From NCBI RefSeq assembly GCF_001186125.1, contig NW_014040507.1, positions 120,774 to 184,773 on the forward strand: a stretch of 64,000 nucleotides of DNA, given 5' to 3'. Position 1 is the stretch's first letter; each line of letters opens with the position of its first letter. The notes beneath the pieces were generated by a model. It did not search any database. It saw nothing but the letters and a program-made list of their open reading frames with translations, and was not told the DNA's origin. The position numbers and the translations under genes are program-made. The DNA comes from Sphaeroforma arctica JP610 (lineage: Eukaryota). Below, one piece after another: positions 40,020 through 53,887 of the stretch.

Positions 40020-42553
40020 TACCTTCTGTTTCAGCTCAGTTTGACAGATATTAGCCTTAACCACCGTCATAGAGTTCGTTGTGAGCGTTCCGGTCTTGTT
40101 ATTGCAGATGACCGTAGCACTGCCCATAGTTTTGCAAGCATGCAGATGGCACACCAAATTGTTCTCCTTCAACATGCGCTTCATACTGAAAGCCTACAGG
40201 AATCAGAAAGTGCCGTGAAGCAAAAGATGGCAGCCAGTTACTAGTTGAGGTCGATTTGCGCTGAAGTGACAAAGCCTCCGTATATTTCATACTAAGCAAG
40301 CATCAAACTCAACAAAGCAGTCACTAAGTGCATGTATCGTTTCAGCCAGATATGATTCTAAAACCCTAAAACCCTAAGGAGTGCGCACAAAATCAGAAAC
40401 CTCACAACGACACCACGGGCAAAGCCAATGTGACGGCCAGTGGCAACCCCTTGGGAATAGCAACCACCAACACGGTGATACAAATGATAAAGAAGTCCAA
40501 GAACTCGGAAAAGTCGTCCTTATCCCATCCGCGATTGGGGTACTTCTCGATGCAGAATCGCACAGATAATACGACGAAAGTGAGTGTACCTGGATTACAC
40601 AGATAAGTCGATGTCAGAAGGCAATAGAGAACGCGCACTCCAACAAAAACATGCGTATGGGATAAATATGTACAAAGAGCGATACCAAGCCAGCCAATGA
40701 AAGACATCGTCTCACAGGCCAAGCACAGTACTTACCGACAGCCAAACCAACATAACCGATGAGAATGGCTAGACAATCTAGCTTCGTTTCCAGCGCAGTC
40801 TGCCCATCTTGGCTCACCTTCATCAGCAACGGTGCCACTGGCCTTCGCAACTAGCTTTGAATTCTATTATCACTCCCGGGTACGTTTTGCAGCACATCAT
40901 TTCATTAATATCCATCGACATCGATGGTTGCTACTTGTGCTACAGTTTCCGTGCGCAGTACCATATCCTTCAGTGCCACGCCCTCCTCAGTGAGCACAGG
41001 TTGTAATGCACAAACATCAGACTGCGAGTGAGCGACAAATATACCAAACCGCATAAAGCTAAATACTGATAACTAAGTGCATCACACTATATCAGAGTAT
41101 CTCAAACAACGAAGTAAAGCTGGTAAACAACATACCGGTGCGGCGTCATATCCGATGCAAGTCGCTGGTAGCACGTGGGTGCGTTTCATCGCGTTGCATT
41201 TTAATGATATCCGCCTGCGAATTCTCACCCACCACCAGCACCAGCATACGGCCCACTCCGTCCATGACTAAAGTGCTACTGAGCACTATTGTGCTTGCCG
41301 AGTCAGGGGCCTGGATGACAAATGACAACACAGCACAAAGGGACCAGTCAAGGAACACACGGTTCAGATATCCAGCAGTGATCCCATCTTGAATCAAAAC
41401 TGCAGGATATACAAATCGTACAACGTACCGAAAGGTATCCCACTCGCATAGTACACAATACACCATAGAACCACTACAGATGATGCGACAGATATTTTTC
41501 CAGTACTTCCCAAGAAATAGCGCTCGGGACAATAAACAAACTATGCAAGACATGCAAAAACACGATACACAAGTGCTGAGCTGATCTAAAAACACTGTAA
41601 TGTGTTGGACTGACTGAAGTATCAGGTACACACCTTTGCAATATCGTCAGCCTCTCCGGTGAGCGAGCTCTTGTTGATGAGAAGTGAGTGGGCATCGGTG
41701 ATGATACCATCCGCAACTACCTCAGCGCCCTGTTCCAGACAGATAATATCTCCAACCACTATGTCAAACTTAGATATCTGGCAAGCATTACCACTGCGCA
41801 ACATGTTTGCTTTCTCGTCCCCCTTCACGTTGTTCAACTCGCGAAACTGTTTCTCCTTCTGGTAGATGTTTATGCTATCGACAAGTACCACAATCGCCAC
41901 TACGCCCAAAATGAACGCGCCTTCAATCCACGCAATGCTCTTATCCTGTGCATGAGACAAAAATGTTAAAGAGGTGTTAGTACTCAGAAGCTACCAAAGC
42001 CAAGGTTCAATCTCAGGTCAACGAGATACATACGCAGATACAATCACTTCCCATGACTGCTTACCTCTTCAACAGTCAGCCCTATAACCAGAGATATGTC
42101 ACTGGCAAGAAGCAGAATCACCAACGCCACGTCATGCAAGGCATCCCACATCAGCAGCAGCAGAGAGCCCTACGGCGGGGAAGGCACCCAATTGTCACCG
42201 AAATCATCAGCTCTGGAGGTGCAATGCATAGGCGATTAGTATGTGGAGTATCCAATAAATGAACGACACATCATCGGTTGATCAATCATTTAACCGAAAA
42301 CAATCATTTGACTGGGTATTCTATGTGCCCGGCTGGAGAGACGGCCCAGTACATACTGCATGTTCGCCAATAGTAGACCTCATGATTAGCAACTGCAGAG
42401 GCCTGCGATTATTTTCTCACGACTCAGATACGTTATTGATTTATCCGATATCCTCACACATACTGGCCTTTGATATCCTCGTCGTCCTCCGCAGAGAGCC
42501 CAGTTTTGGTATCAGCATGGAGTGCTTTTACGAGGCCATCGACACCACCGAAC
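40020..42553 (-). pseudogene. P2B (PMCA-type) Ca2+-ATPase pseudogene fragment (N-terminus to phosphorylation site)
   Basis: Exons read FGGVDGLVKAL, FGDNWVPSPP*, WIEG..KEKQFREL, IVVGDI, NKSSLTGE, VGENSQ, QTALETKLD, VVAIPKGLPLAVT, NLVCHLHACKTMGSATVICNNKTGTLTTN. There is an in-frame stop, and PEGLP and DKTGT are mutated. Confidence 0.88.
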
Positions 42554-43000
42554 CTAGAATCCAAAGTAGCTTTTTTTTTAAACGTTTAATATGATATCGA
42601 TAAATTTACTGCAATCAACATTATCTACCTAAGAAACGTATTACGTGTGACGGATAAGTATGCTGGGAACCTCAGAAGCATATACTGTAAAATGTTAACT
42701 ATTTCTCAACAGTTTCGTTGCTTATACGGCAAAGCTGTACAAAAGTTGAAAGCTGCGGCTTTTTGTATTCCGGCTTCAAAAAGCCCGGGGTTCTAGGATA
42801 GCAACTAGAGATAGCGATTTAGAAATTACAATTAAAGATAGCGAGTAGAAAAGCCTAGCGTATGAGGGCGTAGTGTGTTACCAATTACATACACATAGGA
42901 TACTAGTGTAAGTTATACGTATAAATAGTAGGTGTTAAAAACATTCAAATTTACACTCTCGCTCACACACTACCGGAGCAAAATTAGGAAATCAAAAACA

Positions 43001-46000
43001 ATGTCCGATCAATCCAAGCAAACACCGTCTAGCAATGAGGATAGCAGTTTGCGTATCAGTCTTGGCGGTCTCCTAACCAAGTCACTTAGTAACGTATTCA
43101 CAATAGCTACTACATCCGAACCCACCGACGGAGATCGAACCATTACCGATGTCGACACCACGCAGGATACCAGCTCAGTCACATAGAATACCACCACCAC
43201 CAAATCCACGGCACACGGAGTGCTTAACCACGCAGAAACTCTCCGTGAATTAGCTTATCACGAAGAGAACCTAACAAAGATAGCGAAGAAACTCGTCTAC
43301 CCCGCCCCTCAGTCTATTTTTACTCTCCCAATAACACCTAATTCTAGTACAACTAACACTATCACTACTACCACCACTAACGCAACTCAGGAGACTCCTC
43401 CAAATAGTTCCACACCAGAACCGAATCCCACCACATCAACAGGTGAGAAGTCTGCTGCAATATCCAGCGATGATGTTCAAAACTAGATCCAGCTAGCACA
43501 TCAACAGAACGCCCCGATCGAACAACTGAAGGGTATTGTCTTAGTCCTCTCCCGCCATGGTAACGGAATGAAGACCCGTCGCACAGTGGAAGGCACTTCT
43601 ACTTTACTGGCTACGCTGGGGCAGTCCCTTCCAGAGGCACTCGAGGCCAAACAATCAAAGGTAAGTTATCGTTGGCAGGGCCAAAAGAACAACCGCCCTC
43701 TTGCAAACTCTAATAACGACAACGATATACTAGTCTTTGCTGAGGGTACTGTACGTTTGCGCAATAAGCGTGAAACCTTTTATTCAGCAGCGGATGTTCT
43801 GCATACAGCACTATTGCGCTTTGGTTATATGTGGCGCTTTACACCTGATTTTCGTACCGACGAAGCCACTAATGGCGATATGATCGCCTACCTTCTACTT
43901 ATGGCTGGTTGGTTAAACACACACACCCCAGAGAGTGTAGCTCGTTTTTGACGAAACACTTCTCGCACCGATAGTCCCATACAACGAGTACACCCAATAC
44001 ACAGTGCTACCCCCGCGATTGCTTGCTACATTTCTTATCCTAGATGCTATTCGTTGCCCGAATGCAATATGTCACCGCTGCCTGTTGGAAGCTCGTTTCT
44101 GCACATGTAATAACAGTAACAAGCGCTCGTATGTGTTTCAATCTCGTGAGCGCTTGGACTTTAATTCGGCTCGTTCATGTACACGTACGAGTTGTCGTTT
44201 CTCGCACACATGCAATGTTTCGGGTTGCACCACACCCAACGCACATGCTGCCCCCAACCGCGCTTGAATCTCTCTCACATACGTCCACCCCGCTGTACAT
44301 CCACACACATACACTTCAACAAACAAGCTTCTTCGCCACCAGTTACGTCTACACCCACACCTACTCGAAACCTCACACAGAACAAAGCACGCCCTCTTAT
44401 ATTAGCAAACACACGCCAACTCCCACTTATAATACCAAATCATCAACGTATTCTTCACCTCCTCTCCAAGTCTAAATATCCGGACTCAGAGAACGCACTT
44501 ATGCTAGCAAATATCTTCGCCAATGGCGCATCAATTGGATTCTCAGGTCCTTTACCAAAGGCCTTATATAAAGAACTACCGTCTGTTAGTGAGCATATAC
44601 TATGCCCAAGAGCCTCAGTTAAAAAGAACTCGAACAATACGTAATTTACGGCCCTTTATCATTGTCCGAAGTACGTACATACCCATATTACTATATATCC
44701 CCTATCGGGGTTCTATCTAAACTGCGATCCGACGGCTCTCTCAAGCTTCGTCGCATCCACCACTTATCGTACCCTCGTCACTCAAGTATCAATTCTAAGA
44801 TAGCATCCAGGGAACTCAGCTATATCAAGCTCCGTAAAGTACTTGACGATGTAGCTGTCGCACCCGTGGGATCAACGCTGTCTTTAGTGGATATGCGAGC
44901 GGCCTTCCGCTTAATTCGAATTCGGCATCAAAATATACCGTTGGTCGGAATTTCGAGCGGGTCCTACCATTTGGTCTATGTAATAATCCACAGATCTTTG
45001 AGCGCCTGGGTGCCGCTCTCGACTTTATCTTTCTATATACAGGCTTGGATATCCGCCACTTCGTTGACGATTTCCTGGCGATACATGGTCCTGGCATGGG
45101 GCAGACAAGAAGCAGCCAAGATCTGCGCACTGTTTGCCTTCCTCGGCATCCCAATCACCTTTGAGAAGTCCGCAACCTCGTTACTGTAACGGAATACATC
45201 GGTGTGCTTATAGATATCAGGGCCCGTACGGGTGGTCTTGGCGCACATAAGTTGAGCTCGTACAAATCGCTGTTGCACGCATGGCGCTCTCGCACATCCG
45301 CAACCGCTCATGACATCGCCTCACTTGGCGGACGTCTCATTTGGCAGCGTGCCATTTTTCCACAAGCACGACCATATACTACTCGAGTTTTCTGGCTGGT
45401 ACGTCATAGCCCCTCTCATTATAAGCACATCAGAGTTTCTGAGAAAGTTCGCCAGGATATCCGTTCTTGGATTCGTATACTCGACAGATGGACCGGTACA
45501 TCTCTTCTCGTTCGCCCTGCCATGGCAATCACAGTTGCTGTGGGTTGGCGCAGGAGGGTTTATCTTCACAGGATAATGGTATTTTCTACAATGGCAGGAG
45601 CATCACCACTACCCTATCAACAATGGTGGCAAGCTCTTTTCCATCACTGCACTGGAACTCCTGGCGATTGTGCAATTGACCGACACCTTTGGATCACTTT
45701 GGAGATGTCGCAGTATCCTCATTCTCTCCGATAACGAAGGCGCGGTGGCGAGCGTGACGTCACACACCAACCCGATCGCAGAAACGCTGAGTATCTTACG
45801 GATGCTGACGGATATTGAAGCATTGTTCGACATTGAAATCTCCTGCGAACATATACCAGGAGTTAACAATGAGTTCGCGGACTATATATCCCGCGATTGC
45901 TTGAATGATGTCTGCGCAATATTCCCAAACATGCTTCCACACCCAACACCGCTCGGTCACAACGCACGCCTGCATGAAGCCACATTTGCAGCCAACCTTC

Positions 46001-47114
46001 GACTACAGTAGCATTTACACACGCATCTTTTATTATTAATAAATATTTTTTACATAGTCCTCACAACACTTCTGTACAACCTTACATCACTGTGTAGGGC
46101 GCTTCCGCACTTTCGGCAGTAACAGGCGAACCGCTAAGCCATTTCCTACAAGAGGTTCTCCAATTAGTTACGGCTGCGCGGACTCGTGCAAGCAGCAACA
46201 ATACACGACGACATTTTTTTTATTTAGTTGTGCACAAAGGCTTGATCTCCGCGTCGGATATTCTGGCTGGCACTCTACCAGCTGGGGAAGACATCTGACT
46301 TCTTTATATCGGCTGGTTGGGGATGCGGGGGCATCAACCTGACTCCATTGTTTCGTACCTGTCCTGGTGTACGCCGAATGTACAAGATGACAGGCGCAGA
46401 CCATTCAGCATTCTGAATTCCTGCACTAATTCTGCTGCGGAAGGGTATAAAGCGCTGGCAAGCTGAACACGGTCTATTGCGCATGAAACGTGAGCGCGAC
46501 GGTATCACCCCCAGTCTGTTACTTCTACGTTTCAGCCCTGTGATCACACGTTACGCGAATGATATAGAGATTCGCGTTTGTACCATTACACTGCTTGGTG
46601 TGTTTTGTCCGTTTCGAAGCGGTGAATTAACGGCTCACCCGCACCTTCAACCCTATTTAAAGTTTATTCACGTAAGCCGATCAGGGATCCGTGTATACCT
46701 TGATCATATATTACTAACACTTCCTTCATCCAAGACTCAACAATGCAGGCCGGCCACAGTTCGCGCCCAGAAGCTCCCCGCGACATACAGGCAATCTGCC
46801 CGTATCACCACTTACTATTGTGGCTCTCCCTCACAACCAAGGAACAAGCTGACAGTCACCTCTTCTCCTTGAATAGCGTAGCGGTTACGAAGGCCGAGTG
46901 GTCGCGAAAATTGAAATATCTGGTCAAGGCAGCAGGTTTGGACCCCAAACTGTACTCTGGGCATTCCCTGCGCATCGGAGGTCTGTCCGCCTTGAAGGAG
47001 TCTGGTTTATCGAACAGCGAGGTATAGATTCTTGGGCATTGGACATCGAATACCTATCTAATTTACTGGCGCCTTTCGGATATCGATCACGCACGCATAG
47101 AGTGCACATACTTT
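43001..47114 (+). mobile_element. Tyrosine-recombinase retrotransposon (DIRS/Ngaro-like), degenerate: gag-like ORF, RT, RNase H, YR
   Basis: Gag-like region with a Cys/His finger. RT: SPIGVLSK..RRIHHLSYP..SINS, VDMRAAFR, FVDDF. RNase H: ITALELLAI, SDNEGAV, HIPGVNNEFADYISR. YR: FRSGEL, SKT, ICP, YSGHSLRIGG, GHW.S..Y..Y. Many stops and frameshifts. Terminal repeats not found. Confidence 0.88.
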
Positions 47115-47329
47115 AAGTCTCTGTACACTGCACATGCACAATGCACAAGTACACACACAAAATAGGCGCTCTCGCCGAAGCGTGCGATTCATTCCTCATC
47201 GCTATTGATCACAGTAAACCAGGATTGTTTACCAAGCATAAAACTACGGTCAAACACCGGAAGCTCAACAGGTTTATCCCAGCATCAAGCAAAGAGAGAA
47301 TCTAAACTCAGAGAGGGACATAAAAATAT

Positions 47330-50300
47330 TACAGATGGAAATTAATCTCGGAGCCGAAGTGCCGGGAGTATGGAATCATCAATATAGAAAATCTCTGATG
47401 GGCATAAGGGCATCCCTAAATATCGGAGGAGTCCAATCTAAACGTATAAGGCCAAAGATTATAACGGAAGCCACGATCAGTTGAAGACGTGGCGACGCTG
47501 CCTTTGGATTGGATTATAGATTAAGTGAGAACCTTTTTCACCTTAAGAGGTGTTTTTTAATGGCTCAAGGATTACGAGTCCAATGCATATAAAAGCAGGG
47601 ACTTGAATCAAATAAATGACAACTATTCACTCAAGACTTAAAACACTTTAAAAGATATTTTAATATCTAAGAACAATAACTTATCAGGTCCGTTTTACCT
47701 CTACTCTGAGAATGACAAGATTCGATTTGAAACCAAAGTTTAAATTCCTGATTTAAATAAGCCGGTCCAGTGAGACCAATGGAAAGCTCAATTGGATATG
47801 ATCCTGATGAAACAGGGTCGCCTACAACTGATCGAAACCGCTACGCCACCTGACGACTACTATGAGACGGAGCCGCGTCTGAGTCAATTTATCATACGAT
47901 CTCTCGACGACTTCAACAGGAGTTACTCCATATCATGAAGGAACCCTACGCGTTTTTCAATGCATTGGAAACCAAATATAAGATTAACACCCAGGGAGAA
48001 ATTGGCCGTTTGAGAAAGGAGCTCTGCACAAAAACGCAGAAAAGTAACGTAACTTGGGAGGCCTTTATTGGTGATATTAATTTGAAGAAAATGGAATTGG
48101 AGAAAGGCGAGACTCCACCGCCTGAGATTGACTTGAAGGCCGTCTTGAAGGAAGCTCTTATTGAACGTTTTAAAGCAGCAAGAACTCATCTCAACACAGT
48201 TGATACTGATGTCATGAGCTACGAGGAGCTCTGCGAATACCTCCGAAAATTCGATATGGAGGAAATTCAAACATCGACCTCCAATACAGAGACTCGAGGA
48301 GGAGAGAGAGCACTTTCTGCCAGAGCAGAACGAAAGTGCTCCAATTGTAGCAAAGCAGGTCACCTTGCTCGTGATTGCCGATCCAAGCATCGCAGACCCA
48401 GACCGCACGTCTACTCTGACCGCAGGGAACATCGCAAACCTTATGAAAACCGATACTCCAACAATCGTGGAGATAATTCCAACGAACAACATCACCGTAA
48501 TAGAGCTGATGTGTCCAAGTCTTACCGTAAAGACTATTCAACACCGAAATCTACACCCTACTCACGACGTGCCGACTATCCGTCGAAGAAACCCAACTAT
48601 CATCAAGATAAACGTAATGAATTTTACAGAAAAGCATATAACGCTAGAGGATACTACTCGAGGGAAGAAATGTGTAAACCTCCTAAAGTAACGTTTAATT
48701 TGGACAAGAATGATGACCAAAATTCGAGTAGTGACGATGAAGACGTTAGAGCATTCTCGGCAGTTGCCGACTATGTCGAATCTGACGTCAAATTGTCGGA
48801 TGACGACATGCCAGAAGCCATCATGGCAACCCCCGAAAATTGCCCTGGATTTGGGATGAAGCCAAACACCGAGCCGGACGAGAGAGAAGTATCAGATTTT
48901 ATTCCAAATAATCCAACTTGTAGTTCGGACAAAAACTTTTACTCGACAGCTCTAGTGAGGACGACAATTTTGACCTACCCAAGGATAGACCCCTGGGACC
49001 CCTACTCGACAGCTCTAGTGAGGATGACTACGATGTCCTACCCGACCTAATGTCCAACAGCGACTCCGAAGAAGATGGAGCTTTTAGTGATAAATTTAAT
49101 GAGGACGTATATCTCTTCACCAATCAAAGCCATAGACTCTGAGAGAATTTCCGGTCAAAGAGCATCTACGACTGACAAAATAACAGCGACTGAACCTAGT
49201 GGGACTCTGGACAGTGGAGCATCAGTCCACATTATTAACGATTTGGAGTTGATATCAAACGCAAAACGTCACTTCACAAACGTATACCTAGCTGACGGGA
49301 CTATTGGAATCGCAACTCACTCAGGGCAATTGAGTGACGCTGGAAGGGCTATTTATGGACCAGTTTTAAAGACCATCCTAATCAGCGTCCCCCAATTAAC
49401 CAAGGCAGGATACAAGATCTACGTGGATGACACAGTATACCTCTTACTATCACCCCAACACCTAGTATAAAATTGTGAGCAGAAGCAAGGCGTTTACGTC
49501 GTACCCCTGGATATTTTTTCAAAAGAATTTGCCTACTCCGCCAGTTGGCATGAACGACTAGCGCACCCGGATCATTTACCCAAGGACCTGCCACCTATCG
49601 ACTATCATGCGAACTGCGAGTCCTGTATCATGGGTACACTTGTCAGACGTCGGACACGAAAGATCAGAAAGAACGGCCCATCCGAAAACCCATTGGACTT
49701 ACTCTATATTGACCTTATTGGGAAATTTAAACGGAGCATTGGAGGAAACTGCTATGGCCTAACTCTCATTGACGACTGCTCCAATTTCTAGAAATTTGAA
49801 CCACTATCCACCAAGAAAGCGCCAGTAGTATATGACGCCTTATTCGGAGCACTAGACGATTTATCAGTACTGAGTAAAAGGAAAGCGAACGTTTTACAAT
49901 TCGACCGAGCCTTGGAGTTTGTGGATAAGGAAGTGGAGACTAACTTACAAAAACTTGGCTACGATATTCGATCAACACCGAAAGACTCGCCACAACACAA
50001 CGGAAAAATTGTGCGGAGTCACCGTACCAATTTAGAAAGAGCTAGGGCGACTCTACACAACTCCGGCTTAGGTGACGAATTATGGAGTGAGGCATACCAA
50101 CATGTCGCAGACGCTCATAACAACGTCGGGAGTAAGAGGAATCCGACAACGCCAATCGAAAGATTCACTGGTCGAAAACCAAATTATAACCGTTTTCGAA
50201 CCTTCGGCAGCAAATGTCTATGGCGGAAGGCGACTAAAACAACAAATGGGATAAGCGCGTTCGCCGTGGAATTGTGATGGCCAACCCCCAACGAACCATC

Positions 50301-50550
50301 TCTGATACTTTCCAAGTTTTTAGTCCAGAAACCAACAGAGTATCACGAACCAGAGATATACATTTTTTTTTAGGATGAATTTTACATATGGAAGGATGGA
50401 CAATGTACGGAGCAGACTACAGGAAGAAAAGCTGAGCGGAAGAACGACGACTTATCGACCGTATCTTCACAGCCTATGGGACCAGGCGAAAATACTCAAG
50501 CCGCCTCTAATAAACGCCATCGAGAATTGTTTATAATATGGAACTATCCC
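47330..50550 (+). mobile_element. Ty1/copia LTR retrotransposon relic A (LTR remnant, gag, protease, integrase; truncated before RT)
   Basis: CSNCSKAGHLARDC knuckle, LDSGASVHI protease, WHERLAH..CESC, LLYIDLIG..LIDD..FDRALEF..PQHNG integrase core. PR-INT order is copia type. The 5' boundary is approximate. Confidence 0.9.
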
Positions 50551-50559
50551 TAGTAGTAG

Positions 50560-53500
50560 ACTATGACCGGGCTATTATTTGCTCGAGGATGCGAAATCTC
50601 ACTTTTGTAAGTGAATTACCTCATGTGTGTGTGATCTAGCAATGAGATTACCTTGCGTGCGTGAGATCTTGTAATGTTCAAGTACGTTTTCATTGTTTGG
50701 GCTATTGTGATCGAGTTGTTACTTGCTCGAGGGTGTGAAATCTCGAGTTGTTACTTGCTCGAGGATGTGAAATCGCACTTTTGTAAGGGAATTACCTTGT
50801 TCGTGTGAGATCTTATCGTATAAGTTCTTTTAGTGCACTATATGATTCTTTCTATTAATGTACTTACTTGAAACTATGTTTGCGTGAATATACTTGTGCG
50901 TAGATTTACTCTCTCTTTGTTCAAGCTCGATATTATTATCCAACGATTGTGTGAATGTGTTCATGATTTTAAGCGACTATTCTACTTTCTTAGTCTTATC
51001 TTTGCGCATGAATTATTATTGTGCTCTCTCTTCGTTGTATTAGCTCCAATATACCAAGTCTCGTTGTTTTACTGTCAATGTTGATGATCAATATTGGTAG
51101 AACGTGTGTACGTATGCGTCTCGTATGCTAGCTTCTAGAGTCCTTTTTGTACTGTCTTTCTTGTATGACTCATCAGTTTTTTAGCTTCCCAACATTGATA
51201 AATAAATCACCTTGACACTTTTCTGGTTTTTAGAACATCTGTCACCTAATATGAATACAAAACACGCTATAGCTTCACACAGTCACCTTGGTTGACGGTC
51301 TTCACTTGCTTTGTTCTGCGAAGAAGCTGTTGAGTCTTCGCTTCTCTTTTGTCCAGTTTACCCTGCTGGCTTTCCTTCCTCACTTCCCTGAGGTTTCGTC
51401 TCAGCAGTAGGGTGCCTTCCGTCTTCCTCTCTTGGGTCCCTCGTAGTTCTTATTCTAACTTCTAATAAAGTTATGCTAAGTTCACTTTGGCACTTCACGT
51501 TTCTAGTACCCTATAGTTAATGATCCTTTCTTAGCTGGTTGATTTACCGTGGTAAGGATATTGTTAAAAATAGAGTTTGAGAGTAGCTAATAAGATACGA
51601 CCAGAAGAAACAATAGACCTCTTCTCAAGTGTGAATCCTACAGCTAGGTAAAGTCCTAGGCTGAAGGACTCGCATTGAGTCTTTATTTGTGTGAAGTATT
51701 TTCTACACTATACTCAATCTTTACTTGAGTGTTTCTCTCACACGCGGGAGTCCCGGTATCATCTACTGGTAATCCCGCTATATTTCTGATCACTCTATCA
51801 TCAGAAATATTGGATCCTAGATCCAAAACTCAGTATTTGATAATCCTGGGTTTTGGGTTTAGGATTGGCTTTTCTGATATTCTGGCCCCTGGATGCTACA
51901 CACATTCATCGCACTACTTATGTTGTCTTATACGGGGTAAATTAGGGGGTATGTCGACAGTATGTACGAGACGTTGATGCCAAGTGACATAGGCAGAATC
52001 TGAAAAATCCAAAAGTTCAAAAAATCGACAATATACATACCAGATGAGTCTTCTTCAGTATGTATAACGCGATTCTTCGGTGTAATGATGGCAAGATATT
52101 TTCTGAAAATACAAAGAGATACCCATGTTCTGTCATCAATCGTACGCTGCGTAATGGAATCGTGAATGTCTCATCCAGCAGGGCTGTTCCGAGATCGAAG
52201 AATTCGGCAGAGCAAGTCGGTGTAATACAGTTCCCATCAGCAACTTTCACTGAATATGTATTGTTGGCGGTTGTCGGTAAATTGAGCGCGCCTGTCTTTT
52301 CTGAATATGGCAATATATGCTTGGTCGCACATGAATCGACGGCGAGTCAATATCCTCCTGGACCTCTCAATTGGGGCAGTCTTGGGTTAAATTCTGTGTC
52401 TACCTGGTTGGCATGAGCGTTCACCATAAAAGCATTAGCCGGTTGTTGAGACATTGTATGTGTGCTGCTTGGTTTTTGTATATGCGCGTATTCCGACTGT
52501 ATCCAATTGGCATATTGTTGTTGTTGTGCTGCGGCATCTTTCTGGTCAAATTCAGCTTGCAGTCTTATGAGCAAACTGTTGGGATTAGCAAGTGAGATTA
52601 GCAAGTGCAGAATTAGCGTGTTGTTGTCGGTTTCTAAATCCATAATTTTTGTATCCTCGTCCTCAATTCACAAATCGTCTGCTGAATCCTCCGCGTTGGT
52701 GTTGGTCGAGCGACCAATATGACTAGGTCCTCGAGCTGTTACTATTAGAATCGCGGCCATGTCCTGAATTTTGGAAATTGCCTCGTCCAACAAATCTTCC
52801 TTAACTCTGGTAGCCTACTCGGCCTGTAAATCTCCCTCGGCCTCTTGGATTGAAGTTTTAAATGAATTGTGGCAATCGACAATTTCGTGCGATGTGTCCG
52901 TAATTTTTGCACTTGTGACATTTAACGTTAGTAGTGGCAGCAAAAGCGGCATCCAAAGGCGATGTTGCATTGGTATTCAGAATCCGGGCTTCAATTTTCA
53001 ATGCAGTCTGTTGTACATATGCTATGGCAGCTCCGTAGCTTAGTACCATAGCACTGTCGGTAGGAGGTGAGTTACTATAGAAATGTAATTTGTATGTAGA
53101 GCACAGGTTAAAATGTGGTCTTCTCGGTGTCGTTAAGTACGATATTCATATTGAAGGCGTCAACAAATTTCGTGTTCAATCTTAGAATAAACTTATCCAT
53201 GTTCTCGTTGTCTTGTTGTCGTACTTAACCATCGTATCTTGCCTCCTTCTCCGACGTGACCATAATTTTGGTATAGCATAGTGAACATCTCTTTCGGAGT
53301 CATAGTTGCACTCAGAGTAGCCATTATGTCTGGCGATACAGATTTGATTATGTAGTGTTGACCCTCTCCAATTTCTTCGTCTTTCCAGGCTCGTTCATAA
53401 TTGGTGTTGGTGGCGGGCTTCATTGCGTGGTGTATTATATCACATATATCGTCGGCTCGTAAAATGACAGTGAGTTCCATAAGCCACATCTTGAAATTAC

Positions 53501-53810
53501 TATGGCCTTTGAGTTTGTTTTCCGACTTCCACTTGGTGTTCGTCATGTTGAAAAAATCGAGTAGAGTAGCGGACCTGATAAGTTGTTAGACTGCCAATTG
53601 TAAGAGCTTAGAATAAGTACTTTATTGTGGTGCCTGCTCAAGGCATTTATACTGAGAATTATTTCTGTCATGACTAATTCATGAACAGGGGAAAAACCCT
53701 TATTTAGGAAAAACCCATTTACATTTTTATGTTGTAGTTTATGTTGTCCAATACAAGCTTCGTATGGTTTTACTACGCTTATATTGGACCTTCATTGGTG
53801 ACCCGGTAAT
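50560..53810 (-). mobile_element. Ty1/copia LTR retrotransposon relic B (opposite strand, heavily decayed, no RT seen)
   Basis: Gag start KLKGHSNFKMW, KCHKCKNYGHIARNC, protease VDSCATKHI..VKVADG, WHQRLVH. Same primer-site motif as relic A. Boundaries approximate. Confidence 0.8.
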
Positions 53811-53887
53811 CATAATAAGAAAAAGAAAGATTAAATTTTTTTTTAAATTTAATTAATCTAATAAAAGATATCGAAAAAACATACAAG

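Noticed and set aside
47330..53810. One element with long inverted termini
   Set aside because: Only the 14-bp primer motif is shared. The gag and LTR sequences differ, so these are two independent convergent copia relics.
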